A stretch of DNA of 61,767 bases, filler included, from Basidiobolus ranarum (taxonomy: Eukaryota), in the NCBI GenBank assembly GCA_040143965.1. It is 20 parts of 20 records of this genome, joined end to end, with 100 filler letters (N's around TTAATTAATTAA, not from the genome) between each part and the next. Parts side by side here need not be neighbours in the genome. Positions count along the whole stretch, not along the records: positions 24,825 to 27,820 come from JASJQH010002803.1; positions 27,921 to 30,914 come from JASJQH010002804.1; positions 31,015 to 34,005 come from JASJQH010002805.1; positions 34,106 to 37,094 come from JASJQH010002806.1; 16 more parts are not named here. One strand, 5' to 3'. This document shows, piece after piece, positions 24,825 to 37,194 of this stretch. Below the pieces are notes generated by a model. It made no database searches. It was not told where the DNA came from and worked only from the letters and a program-made list of their open reading frames with translations. Numbering within the stretch: position 1 is the first letter of the stretch; every line of letters starts with the position of its first letter. A program made the position numbers and the translations under genes.

Positions 24825-26902
24825 CAGAAATATCTTGTAAATCCCCTAATGACTCATCTGTGACACCATCTCAGAATCAGCTGATGATATTGATGGGCTA
24901 TACTTGATATACCACCCTTACATGGGAGGTGTGCTTTTTTCTACAATGTCCTTTGCATGCCACAACTCAAATGTTTAAAGAAGCCCTGCTATCATTGTCA
25001 TAAATTATTGAGCTATGAACGCTGGAGGCTTCATAGAAAAAATAACCACAAGCACGGTTGCTGTACAAAGCCACCAGCTGTACCAAGCATGGTGGACAAC
25101 AACAGTAATAAGTGCACTAAATTGACCTTAGATTTGCCCATTAAGTCCACTGACTGCAGTTTCCTCAAAGTTATGGTAACACTGCCAAAAGTCAAAATAC
25201 CATGGAGTTACCATAGTAGTATGACCAGAATAATTTAGGGCAAAATGCAACTCTGGACAAACCAGTAGGTCCAGACAACTTTGAGGACCTGCTGCTGGAT
25301 GTTGATGTTGGTTAATCCAGTACCAATGGCAGTAAATCAGAAGTCAAAGAGGAAAATGACGGTTTTGTTATGGACCCTTTGTTATTGGCAAACATTAGTC
25401 CACTCATAACACTTACTGTAAAGGAAGCAGCTTTGATCATTGAGGAGTGGAGAGTTCAACCCAATCTTAGCAACCAGGTTTTTATTGGTTTTCTTACACT
25501 TTTACCAAAGTTGATTGGCAACTGTTGCTTGCCACAGACCTGGTACAAGTGGAAAACACTTGTCAATTGTATGACTTACAATCCTTCAGTAATTAAACTA
25601 CCTTCTTGTCAAAATGGTTGTTTGGCTTTCTTTGGTGATCAGAAAAACCTGAAGTCATTTACTGTTTGCACACAATAGGCCATCACTGAATCAGGTATAT
25701 ATCATTCATATTTGGCTTACATAGTATTGATTGCCCATGTTAAAGTTTTCATGAAATGACCCAAATATGGATTGTTGATCCAATACCAAAGTACTCACTG
25801 TAAAGCTGATGGTATTACCAATATACTCAATAGATATCACTACCAGAATCTGAAAAGTCATCTAGGCATTTATTCAAATGCAAAGACTGGAAGTATTTGA
25901 TTTCTATATATTCAAGTGAAATTTTGAAAAGATTTCTGCCTGGAAAGTATTGGCAACATTGAGGATTATTTGCTGCTAGCGTTAACATGTTCTTACCATA
26001 TCCACTCACATTGGCAGATCTCAGGCAGATACAGCAACTGTGCAAAGATTTTGTAATTGCATAGGAAAAACTTTATTACAGGTTTAAAGAAGATAGACAG
26101 AATCCATGCCAGTCTTCAATACATTCCCTGCTGCATCTTTCACAATGCTTAGAGATTATAGGCCCTTGCTATACATTCTGGTAGTTCCCAATAGAGTGCA
26201 CCTGTAGTGGAATGATGCTCTGTGTGAAATTGTCAGTATTACCAATTGCTAATCTGATTAAGAATGTATCAGCCAAATCAGTAATGGATGTAATGCAATG
26301 GGTTATGGAGATTCCAGAGTATATTTACCCACCAACAAAGGGCTCTTTTCAATGTGCTCACAGGTTTTTGCAATGTTTGTGCACAATAACAGCAACAAAG
26401 CCCAATCCATGGACACAGAGTCAGTATCTCTATAATCAGACTAATTTGGTTGTATGATAATCTGAAGTTATTTTTAGGAAAGCTGCAAGACAGACTTCTT
26501 GGTAAGGTAGATCAAGATATGCAGTATTATTGTTTTAGCCATGGGGTAACCTATTCCAGCAACGACACATCTACTTGTGGCAGGACATTAGTTGACTGCA
26601 ACATGGGGATATACTGGCTGAATTCTTTACAGAAATTTGCCAAAATCCAAGACCTCATTCTCATTGTGAACAGTACCTAGAGTTGGCTATTTGCCAAGTG
26701 TCAGTACAATTCAAAATTTCAGATGTTTAGCAATTTTCCACCATTAGTTAGCTGGTATAGCATAACAATGTTGTTGAGCTAAATCTGATCAGTTGAGTAT
26801 GCACATATGTAGAGACTAAACATAACAAGATTCTTTTATTTTTTGATACTCATTATGGCCGGAATACAAAGCCAAAAATATCTAAATGGAGGCATGCATA
26901 TT
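24825..26902 (+). mobile_element. CACTA/CMC-type element with an internal deletion at ~25858 removing the Transposase_21 core
   Basis: N-terminal C..C and CQNGC.AF motifs. Jumps from YHYQNLKS to SRHLFKCKDWK (compare 36120-36880). DUF4218-like H.LLHL...I...GP...W.FP.ER.C. Confidence 0.85.
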
Positions 26903-27820
26903 TGACAAAAGTGTTTATGGGATTTGGAAGTGTTTTGACAAGATTTGAATTTGTGAATTAAACACTTAAGTCTTATTGAATTAAATATGTCCTATTTATA
27001 GTTTACTATGAAATAGGACTAATGGATGTGATTAGATCATTACAAACATGCCTGTTAAGCATGGGTGAAATTTTGAGTTGATTTGCAGAAGTTTTGAGAA
27101 AATAGTGAAAATCGGTAAAAGTGATCTGATTGATATTCTTATCAATTAGAGCTATAAATACACATTTTTGAATGACAGAATTGAGTGCTACATGGTCAGA
27201 ATATGATTATATTAACTACTCAATAATGAGTTGCTATTTAAATAATTTCAACATTCCCACCCAACTAATTATTTTGTATTTCTCTTAAACCTAACTTGTA
27301 TCTTAATAATTCAAATTGTGCTTTAGCTAAAGGTTTGGTTGAGATGTCAGCTATCATTTCTTCAGTAAGTCAATAGATAAGCTCAATTATATCAATGTCT
27401 GTTGCTTCTCTAACAAAATGAAGCCTAATATCTATATGTTTTGTTCTAGCATGAAATGCAGGGTTTTTGGCTAATGAAATAAAACTTTGATTATCTTCAA
27501 ATACAGTGACAGCACATTTTTGCTTGTATCATAAGTCTGTAAATAACTTCCTTAACCGCATAGCTTTTTGTGTAGTAGCAGAGGCAGCCATATACTCAGC
27601 TTCTGTAGTGGAAAGTGCTATGGTTGGTTGCTTCTTACTGTTCCAAGTTATGGCTCTATTACCACGGAGAAAAATGTACCCAGTTGTTCATCTGCAATCA
27701 TCAAGTTTTCTTCCTCAGTCTGCATCATGGTAGCCTTCAATATTTTGTGCATCAGGAGTGGCAGAGTATTCCAGAACCAGATCTACAGTTCCTCTCAAAT
27801 ACCAGAATATTTGTTTTACT
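26903..27820 (-). mobile_element. Copia family A 3' end: RNase H, PPT (AGTTGGGTGGGAA) and complete 3' LTR 26903-27253, inserted in the CACTA copy
   Basis: Motifs [57 protein letters not shown]...TGTCA. Confidence 0.92.
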
Positions 27821-27920
27821 NNNNNNNNNNNNNNNNNNNNNNNNNNNNNNNNNNNNNNNNNNNNTTAATTAATTAANNNNNNNNNNNNNNNNNNNNNNNN
27901 NNNNNNNNNNNNNNNNNNNN

Positions 27921-28246
27921 TTACGACTAGAACCACCACAATTCCAACACCCTCTAACTGGTCAAATTCTAATGATACCACTACACAAGGACAACAGCAA
28001 GGTTCGTCAGAGGGCGGCTCAAGTCGTTCGTTAGTAGCCGCAGGGGTTTCAGTTGGTGTGGTGGTCGTTCTGGCCTCAGTTGGTATATTTATCTTCCGAA
28101 AATGGAAACTTTCACCTTCTCGTCATTTTCGTTCGAAGTTGGAAGAAGGAGAATCTTATCATCAAATCCCGTCACGGTCTGGTTCAAGAAGAGATCTTAC
28201 AGCACCAAATCAAGACACAGTATTTCTTAAAGAATTACATTCATAG
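27921..28246 (+). CDS. 3' end of a Ser/Thr-rich single-pass membrane protein (Mid2/SKG6-like architecture)
   Basis: Open from the contig start: TTRTTTIPTPS...LVAAGVSVGVVVVLASVGIFIF (TM) RKWKLSPSRHFRSKL...FLKELHS*. CpG content is normal. Confidence 0.75.
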
Positions 28247-30671
28247 AGGTCACTTTATTTTGATATTTAGCCAATATCCTTTTCACATTCAGATCTCATA
28301 TATCCTCCCCGACTCAACAACTACATTATTTTCCTATCTTTGGTCTCTTCCAAAACTTTATGGACCATATGTCGTATTATTTGTATAGAATATAATAAGA
28401 AAAGCCAGTTTTTTTTCTCACAGAACAGTTTACCACTTGAAATCCATTCCAATTTTTATAACGTCAATTATGCAATAAATACTATTCGCGACATAGCACC
28501 CCCAAGTTGATTTCAAATGATTAAGGAGTGTACAAAATTTGTTTCTCCGCTGCATATTTCAGTTGTTTATCAAAGTGATTGACTATCTCCAAATCCCCTC
28601 CCCTTGTTTTGTTCAAAGGGCGTTTTTCAAGATTGTTCATCAATTTCAGCTGTATCACCTTTGTTCCATATTCATTTAGTTGTATCCAATGGAAATGAGA
28701 AGCTAATATAAATTTGGAAGAGTATTACTCAATGGACATATAAACAATTAAGTAAATGTAAATAAGATGATTAATGTTTGTTGAACAACTTGTGCGCTAA
28801 TCAGAGTTTCCATGAACTCAATTCTAAAATTCTTCTTCATATGAGATAAGCCTCTTAGGCTCGGCCCATACGTGATCACATGAAGTAAATTGATACACAC
28901 GTATTAAGTTGATTTTTCATCTTGTAGAATGGGGAAAGAACCTTGCCATGGTCATTTGATCAACATATGAATTAGACTGTAGTCGTATGGAATGAATCCA
29001 ACAAAAATCCATTCATTCTTTCGGTCGAGTGAGATCTAAATCCTCCATAATTTCATATGGAAATTGTAGCTACACTAGTACCAGATTCATTTGGCCCCGA
29101 TGAGTCTGGATAATGGTATGCTATAGTCATGGTTCGGAATTTTTAGTCATAAATTGTGTGTACATTAAATTCAAGTTTTATCAAGTCCTTTACCATATTG
29201 TTAAGTTCGAGATAGATACTGGGAGCATTATATCTATCCTTTTACGGAATTGTTTTTGGAGTGAAGTCGGGAACATTTCTAAAAGCACCTGATTCGAAAT
29301 ATTCACCTATTGTAATAATTATTTTGAGAAAATGACTTCTTAGCACTTGGAAGAATAAACCTATCATATTCCCGCTACCCTTCTAGTCCATCGAGATGGT
29401 GGATATTTTGGAATCAATTGCAGAAACTAGTTCAGATAATTCACTTTTGATAGAACTGCATATATTAAACGTATACGTATTTGGCTCCATTACCTAGACA
29501 TCTGCAATTGATTACATACTGCAAAAGCTTTCTACGGAGAAACTTGGTTTTAATTCATAACTTCATATGTTTGAGCTTACTGCTATTTCAAGTCTTTAAT
29601 GATGTAGGTGTAATGACTGCCACTTCAATATTTTGTGCTTTCATTTTCGATTTAAATTCCTCGGCTTCGGCATGTGCGGCCGTTGCAAAATCCTCACTGT
29701 AACGTTGCTATAGATATTGCTGGAATAGCAACTTGAATGATACATATTTAGTATCGATGTGTTTCTTGGCAGCAATAACACATTTCTTCTTTTGCGTAAG
29801 TCTTTCAAGGAGTGTAGACTCATACGAGTATATGGGGTAGACACATTACGCCCGAATCTTCGTAAAATTTAATAAATAAGGTCTTGGTTAATATTACAGT
29901 TTGCCTAATTGGGTCTACTTGAGTAGTAATCCTCTAGTATCATGTTGACTACTCTTGATTGAACTTAATGGCTTCTTTGTTGCTGCAATTTGTAATCTGT
30001 TACTCTATGTATCTAGCTACTCTTTGTATCCTATCTGAAACTTACAGTTTATTTCCCAATTGTCACAAAGTTGAAAACAGTTGTATTCAGTATCCTATAC
30101 ATATCTAAAAATTAGTAACACTTAGTTTCAAATTTTAAAAAAACCAAATTAACTGTGATAGGTATTCTAAACCCACGCATGTTCTCATCATGTATTGCCT
30201 TGCAAGATATCGTTTCTTATTGCACTACAATTATTCCTTCGTTTAAGAAATACCTCACCAAACGTTTATTATAAGTTAAATCATCATTTTCTTCGGATAT
30301 AGATCTTTATGTTTTATTATGATTATTATTATACCCCTAACTCATCCCTTGATCATATCTAGGTTATTTAACGCTCTTTAGTCTAATATGACTTACCTGT
30401 ATATCAGAATATGCACTTGGTGTATATGTGAATTATTCAACAATTAGCAATGTTACACTTGAAATTTTAAAATTATCCAAATCAACCTCAAGATACTTCA
30501 TTTTATTCCTACAGATGGTTTCAACACAAAACCAGCTTTTTTTTATAAATTCATTATTTCTAGTTAATAATGAATATTTATGAACCTTACATATCCATTT
30601 CTTAGAGCATCTGTGGAAATTAATATAGACTATACATTTAAACAGTCATATAGAGCTTAGTACTTGGTTAT

Positions 30672-30914
30672 TGTTGAAATTAGCATTGCCGAAACACCTA
30701 TATAGTCATATATGTTAAAGTATTTGGGAGCCTGTTGAAAGTGGTTTGGAGAATTTGAGGAATTGGTGGTTTTCACTTGTTGATTTATTGAGTATTCAGT
30801 TGACATTTATAGTTTTGTCAAGATGTAAACAAACTAACGTGTAGAATGTGTTAAGGAAGGTCTCAGGAACATGTGTGCAAAGTTTTGGGGCTTCTAGCAC
30901 AAGTTTGAAAAATC
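30672..30914. mobile_element. Copia family-B LTR 5' stub (30672-30712 +) interrupted by an inverted family-B LTR end (30713-30914 -)
   Basis: The two pieces match opposite ends of the full LTR at 31773-32119. Confidence 0.8.
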
Positions 30915-31014
30915 NNNNNNNNNNNNNNNNNNNNNNNNNNNNNNNNNNNNNNNNNNNNTTAATTAATTAANNNNNNNNNNNNNNNNNNNNNNNNNNNNNN
31001 NNNNNNNNNNNNNN

Positions 31015-31526
31015 TTCAACTTGACATTCAGTCTGGTGTTGAGCATGCAGATATCTGGGAAGAACTTAATGCAGAGTGGGACCATATAGCAGGGTATCTG
31101 CCAGATAGCTGGAAGAATGTTGATTCAGCAACATTAATATGATGGTGGGCTATGATGGAGATCTTGATGCAGACTCATGTTGGGTATGAGCTAAATCTTG
31201 GGTATGAAGAACTCTATAAAAATATTCAGGAGAATATATCAAAGAGACTAGGGATTTTGAAGGTGACAAATTAGCCTTCAAGTGGTAACTGTGTAAAATT
31301 TGAGTTGTGTTTTTTGCACATGTGTTGATCCATAGTTCTCTGAGATTGTAGCCAATCATGCACAACTATGTTGTGAGATCTTGAAATTAAACTCCTGAAA
31401 CTGAAAAAATTGATTACAATCAAATCTAACTTGACAATTTTATGATGGTATGTAAATGGTCAATCCTAAATTGATTAATATTGTGATGGTTTTCCTACAA
31501 TAACAATCCTCAAATTCCTGTTAGTG
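31015..31526 (-). mobile_element. Left end of the CACTA-type element, inserted into Copia-B gag
   Basis: Terminus ...AAATTCCTGTTAGTG; the interior matches 12601-12855 and 55870-56202. Confidence 0.75.
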
Positions 31527-32119
31527 TTAAGAAAAATTGTTTTGAAGGCACTTTGTTCTTTTTTAGCTTGGAGTAAAACTTTGGTGTCAGATACTATTGC
31601 ATTGTTTTCTTCTGCTACAACTGTGTCCCAAAGTACTTTTTCTTGCCACAGCATTTTCATTTTAATTTTGAAAACTTGATAATTGGTTCCATCCAATTTT
31701 TCAGAAGAGGGAAAAGTTCCATAAATTTAAGAAGTGGACATTACAGAGAGTGCAAGCTCAGTGATCATAACATGTTGAAGTATTTGGGAGCCTGTAAGAA
31801 GTGTTTTGGAGAACTAGAGGAATTAATGTTTTCCATTTATTGATTTATTCAGTAGAAGGTTGACATTAATAGTTTTATCAAGATGTAAATACACTAACAT
31901 GTAAAATGTGTTAAAGTGAGTCCCAGGGACATTTGTGCTAAGTTTATGGCTTCCTGCACAAGCTTGCAAAATTTATATAGCTCACAACTTCTAAGGTGGC
32001 AAAATACTCCAAGTAAATTCAAAATGAGAATAACTCATGAAATCATAGCAACTTATACAATGACCAAGTACAAAGCTATATATAACTATATAGGTGTTTA
32101 TGCAATGCTAATTCCAACA
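31527..32119 (-). mobile_element. Copia family B: complete 347-bp 5' LTR (31773-32119), degenerate PBS, gag N-terminus
   Basis: LTR TGTTGGAATT...TTCAACA; gag LDGTNYQVFKIKMKML.QEK.LW (Copia gag N-terminal type). Confidence 0.85.
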
Positions 32120-32299
32120 TAAATATGGCCACTACTCTAACTGCTACTCTTTTAGTACTTTGATTATATGATTGCTTCAAACATAAACATTCACTATGAA
32201 CACCAGCAAAATCATTGAGAAGTAACAGCAAGGCTCATATTCTTGTAATGGTTCTGATTAGTTGGATAATTGAAACTTTAGATCATATCAATTTGATAA

Positions 32300-34005
32300 T
32301 GCACCAGTTGCAGATGAAGCAGCCAGCATTTTTGACACTATATTTGTTACACCTCCAATGGGGATTTTATTTGGGAATACAAGCCAGATTTCACTTCTCA
32401 AACTCTGCACTAGGATTTCTATGCTTCATACACCGATGTATACACAGCTGTGACACCAGGGAACCTTTTAGTGAACTCACCACAGTGATGAAACACAAAA
32501 GACTGTAAAGGCAGCCAATAGCAGACAGGCAAGAACATTATCTACCAAGCCATTGATAAAATCATTCAAAACTCCACCTGACCTGAAATCCTAGTTCTCC
32601 ATCCACACTATTGCTGCTATTGTCATAAGTGTTTTATGCCACCACAAATCTGGTGGCTCACTGTTTGTTCAGTGTGTTTGATGCAACCACCAAGGCAATT
32701 CAAGCTGGATGCTACTGTAATTCAGAATCCATAAAGGCAGCAAAGGCAACAGATTATAGTTATTGCCTTAACAAGCTAGAGGTGAATGTTAGTAGGCACT
32801 ACTTGGACTGTACTTAAGGGAAAGCAGATTGGCTGGCTTGTGATGATGCACTGACATACCCTCAAGGGTTAGCTTCTCCTGAATGTACATCTAGCAAGTT
32901 GTATAAATCTCCAGAGCCTCAGGCAGAGTTGAAGGGCCTGTCTGTGCCTCTGATGCTAGAGATCCCAATGTATCACTATTAGAGAATTATCATCTTGCCA
33001 TTGGCAAGTACAATGTTGACTTGCATGGAATACAGAGTTTTGAAGTGCAACTTGTACAACTATTCTGATATTACCTAATCTGTGGAATAGCCTAGACAAT
33101 AACAATAGTAATAATAGACCAGAGCTTGAAATCATAAACTGAGTTGGGGCTAGTATTAGGTTTAGCCTTAGAATGTATACTTGTGGATTTGCCAAAATGG
33201 TTAACATGGTGGATTACTAACATGCAATAGTTAGCTCATTCTGTCCCAGCTCTATTGGAGGAATGCAATATACAAAGTTCACTAGTAGCTTCTCTGTGCC
33301 CTCATTGTACTCCTGATTGTGATGTAGGTGGCTTTAAATGGATGCTGTTGCAATGAGTCTATGACATTGAGTATCTTACAACACTGCTTTGCTGTCAAAT
33401 GAAGTATCATCATCATTGTTAGCATACCATGTAATCAAACATGAATCTGGGCTTCTTTAAACTATATCAACCTAGTCACACACTAAAATACCTCATCTTT
33501 AAATGGTTTTGAAGTAAAAGCTGCAAGGCTAAGTGCATATTGAACATCACAACCAATGAAGTACAATATAGAAATTGAAAAGTAAGTCTTTGGACACTAT
33601 ACTCAAGATTGCTGCACTGATGAAATCCAGTTACTGAAGTGAACTGTCAAATCGCCTTGAAATATTTAACCTGGCCCAATTGCAGTATGTCCAGCTGCAT
33701 TCTTGTAATATCCTGGTTGTGTGTTAGCTTCACACTGGCATATGGCTTATCATCATTTGGTGCCTTCATAATCACAACCAAGAATGAGATGAAATAGCAA
33801 CAAACTTCATTTCTCCTTAAATTAGTGTACTAGGATTGTGGTACCTCATATACCAATAAATATGTAGTGCTGAAAATGGGAAACTTCTCAGTGTAGCTTC
33901 AGTGAGCTCACTGCAGTGAAGAAACACAAAACCCAATAAAGGCAGCTGCCAGCAGACAGGTGAGACCTTTGTATTGAAATTATTTAGGGAGAAATATTGG
34001 TCTGG
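32300..34005 (+). mobile_element. Possible highly degenerate Kyakuja-Dileera-Zisupton (KDZ) transposase remnants, partly duplicated
   Basis: Fragmentary motif resemblance only: IAVCPA (~33680), AAASRQ..PL....REKYW (~33940-34003), AIDKII (~32550). A ~80-bp internal duplication lies at ~32465 and ~33900. Confidence 0.3.
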
Positions 34006-34105
34006 NNNNNNNNNNNNNNNNNNNNNNNNNNNNNNNNNNNNNNNNNNNNTTAATTAATTAANNNNNNNNNNNNNNNNNNNNNNNNNNNNNNNNNNNNNNN
34101 NNNNN

Positions 34106-34805
34106 GATTTAACCATCAACAGCCCCATCAGATTTCAACATAATCACTGATATCAATTTACCAAAAAGTTAGTCTAGCATCAATCTTGCTATTAGCCATA
34201 AGCCTAAGATTATATTGCTAAAGAGGATCAACTGGAGCCAGAGCTTCCAATTAGGCACTGTGCGCTTTCAATGCAACAACATTCCAATACTACCTAATAA
34301 GCTATGTAGTGGAAAATTCAATTTGAATGAGCCATTTGAGATAGGATCAAATTTTGAATTGCTTGGGAAAATGTTTGAAAACACTGTGATACCATCATAT
34401 TTTACCAGGACCCCCATCAATATCTACTCACCTAGGCATTTATTCAAATGCAAAGACTGGAAGTATAGGATTTGCTTATATTGAAGTGGAATCTTGAAAA
34501 GATTTCTGCTGGATAAATATTGACAACATATGGAGTTGTTTGTGGATATTGTTAATATATTCTTATGGCATCAACTCATATTAGCAGATCCCAGGCAGAT
34601 ACAGCAACTGTGCAAAGATTTTGTAATTAGGTACACAGAATTCTATTACAGGTTTAAAGATGATAGACTGAATCCATGCTGGTATTCAATAAATTCCCTG
34701 CTGCATCTTTCACAATGCTGAGAGATTATAGGCCCTTGCTATACATTCTGGGAGTTCCCAATGGAGTGCACCTGCAGTGAAATAATGCTCCATGTGAAAT
34801 CATCA
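34106..34805 (+). mobile_element. CACTA-type transposase fragment (DUF4218-like region)
   Basis: FKCKDWK...LLHLSQC..IIGPCYTFWEFPME.TC; inverted copy of 35745-36440. Confidence 0.85.
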
Positions 34806-37094
34806 CCCTATCAAAAATAAAATTGATCTGGATCAGATCCCCCTCCAAAATAGCAAAACCTTCAGAGAACCGTCACAATATTGGTGGCTTGTATTCTGCC
34901 AGGGATTTTGATGGTGTGATGGCAGTTTCTTGACAGTATTTTGATGGTATTCATACATGTTAAAATATTGATCCTCAAATTTGGCATGAGTTATTCAATA
35001 TCCAGCAATTTTTGCAAACATCTAATTTTCAAATAGCAAATTACTGGTTTTACAGCTGTAGGAATTTGAATTAATATGGATGCCTGTATTTAGATATTTT
35101 AGGCTTTGTATTCCAGCCATGATGAGAATCAAAAAATACAAGAATCTTGTTATGTTCAATCTCTACATATGCACATACCTGACTGATTAGACAAGACTCA
35201 ACAACCTCAATATGCTTTTCCAGCAAACTAATGGTGGAAAAATTGCTCAACATCTGAAATTTTGAATTGCACTGACACTTGGCAAATAGCTGACCCTTGT
35301 TAATGTTCACAATGAGAATAAGTTCTTGGATTTTGGCAAATATTTGTACAGAATTCAGCCAATATATCCCCAACTTGCAGTCAACAAATGTCCTGCCACA
35401 AGTTGATGTGTCATTACTTGAATAGATTTCCCCTTGGCTAAAACAATAATACTGCATATCTTGATCTTTCTCACCAAGAAGTTTGTCTAGCAGCTTTCCT
35501 AAAAATAATGTCAGATTATCTTACTAACAAATTAGTACAAATTATAGAGGTACTTACTATGTGTCTATGGATTGGACTTTGTTGCTGTTATTGTACTCAA
35601 ACAGTGCAAAAACCCATGAGCACATTGAAAAGAGCCCTTTGTTGGAAGTTTAATATACTCTGGAGTCTCCTTAACCCATTTTATTACATACATCACCAAA
35701 TTTGCTGATACATTGTTAATCAGATTAGCATATTGTAATACTGACAATTTCACATGGAGCATTATTTCACCACAGGTGCGCTCCATTGGGAACTCCAAGA
35801 ATGTATAGCAAGGGCATATAATCTCTAAGCATTGTGAAAGATGCAGCAGGGAATGTATTGAATACAGGCATAGATTTAGTCTATCTTCTTTAAACCTGTA
35901 ATAAAATTTTTCATATCTAATTACAAAATCTTTGCACAGTTGCTGTATCTGCCTGAGACTGGCCAACGTGAGTTGATGTGGTAAGAATATGTTAGCAATA
36001 TCAGCAAACAACTCCCAATATTGCCAATACTTATCAGGCAGAAATGTTTTCAACATTGCACTTGAATATATACAAATCCAATACTTCCAGTCTTCGCATA
36101 TGAATAAATGCCTAGATGAGTGGATATTGATGGGAGTCCTAGTAAAATACAATTGTATCTTGACATTTTCAAGCATTTTCCAAATCAATTCTAACTTTGA
36201 TCCTATCTCAAATGGCTCATTCATATTGCATTTTGCACTGTATAGTTGAGTAAGTAGTGTTGCAATGTTGTTGAATAGTAAGTGCATGGTGCCTAAGGGA
36301 AGCTCTGGCTACAGCTGATCCCCCTTAGCAATATAATCTTAGGCTTGTTCTGATAGCAAGTTTGATGTTAGACTGACTATTGGGTGAACTGATATCAGTG
36401 ATCATGTTGAAATCTGACCGGGCTCTTGATGGTAAAATCATGGAGTTTAGTGTTGTATTTGGATAGTAGTAATGCATATTCCTGATAGAGTAAACTCCAT
36501 TGATTTGACAAATCTACAGCAAGTTAGTGCATTGTGCACATAAAAACCTCCTAGTTTACTGATGGCAGGAGTGTCACCAATACATACAATAATATTAGCT
36601 TTAATAAAATATTCACCCATCTGATTCCCATTAGATAACCATTCACATTCCACAATCAAAGGCTCTAAGAAGCTCTGTATAAGCACTGGTGATTTAGGTG
36701 CAGATATAATGGATAATATCAAAATATTATGATTGTTATATCATCCAGGAGGAGGAAGATTTAAGTTGATTAAAGTAATTGGCCAGCAAGCCTCTCCAAC
36801 TGTGTATTTGTTTTGTGGGAAAGCATCCATTGCAAATGCAAATGCATGATCATATGTGTTCTCAAAGAAACCTTGACTTTTCAGATTCTGGTAGTGATAT
36901 TCATCAAATATATTGGTACCACCATCAGCTTTATGGTGAGTACTTTGGTATTGGATCAATGATCTATATTTGGGTGATTTCATCAAAACTTTAAGACAGG
37001 GAATCAATGGTATGTAAGCCAAATAAGGAAAATTCTTACCTGATTCAGGGATTGCCAATTGTGTGCAAACAGTACATTACCTCAGGTTTTTCAG
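34806..37094 (-). mobile_element. CACTA/CMC-type element, 3' two-thirds: Transposase_21 (Tnp2-like) core, DUF4218-like region, right TIR
   Basis: Motifs AMDAF, CWPITLINLNLPP, FLEPLI.E, IGDTPAISKL, H.....CRF, IHSLLHL, EFPMERTCG; TIR CCCTATCAAAAAT at 34806. Confidence 0.9.
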
Positions 37095-37194
37095 NNNNNN
37101 NNNNNNNNNNNNNNNNNNNNNNNNNNNNNNNNNNNNNNTTAATTAATTAANNNNNNNNNNNNNNNNNNNNNNNNNNNNNNNNNNNNNNNNNNNN

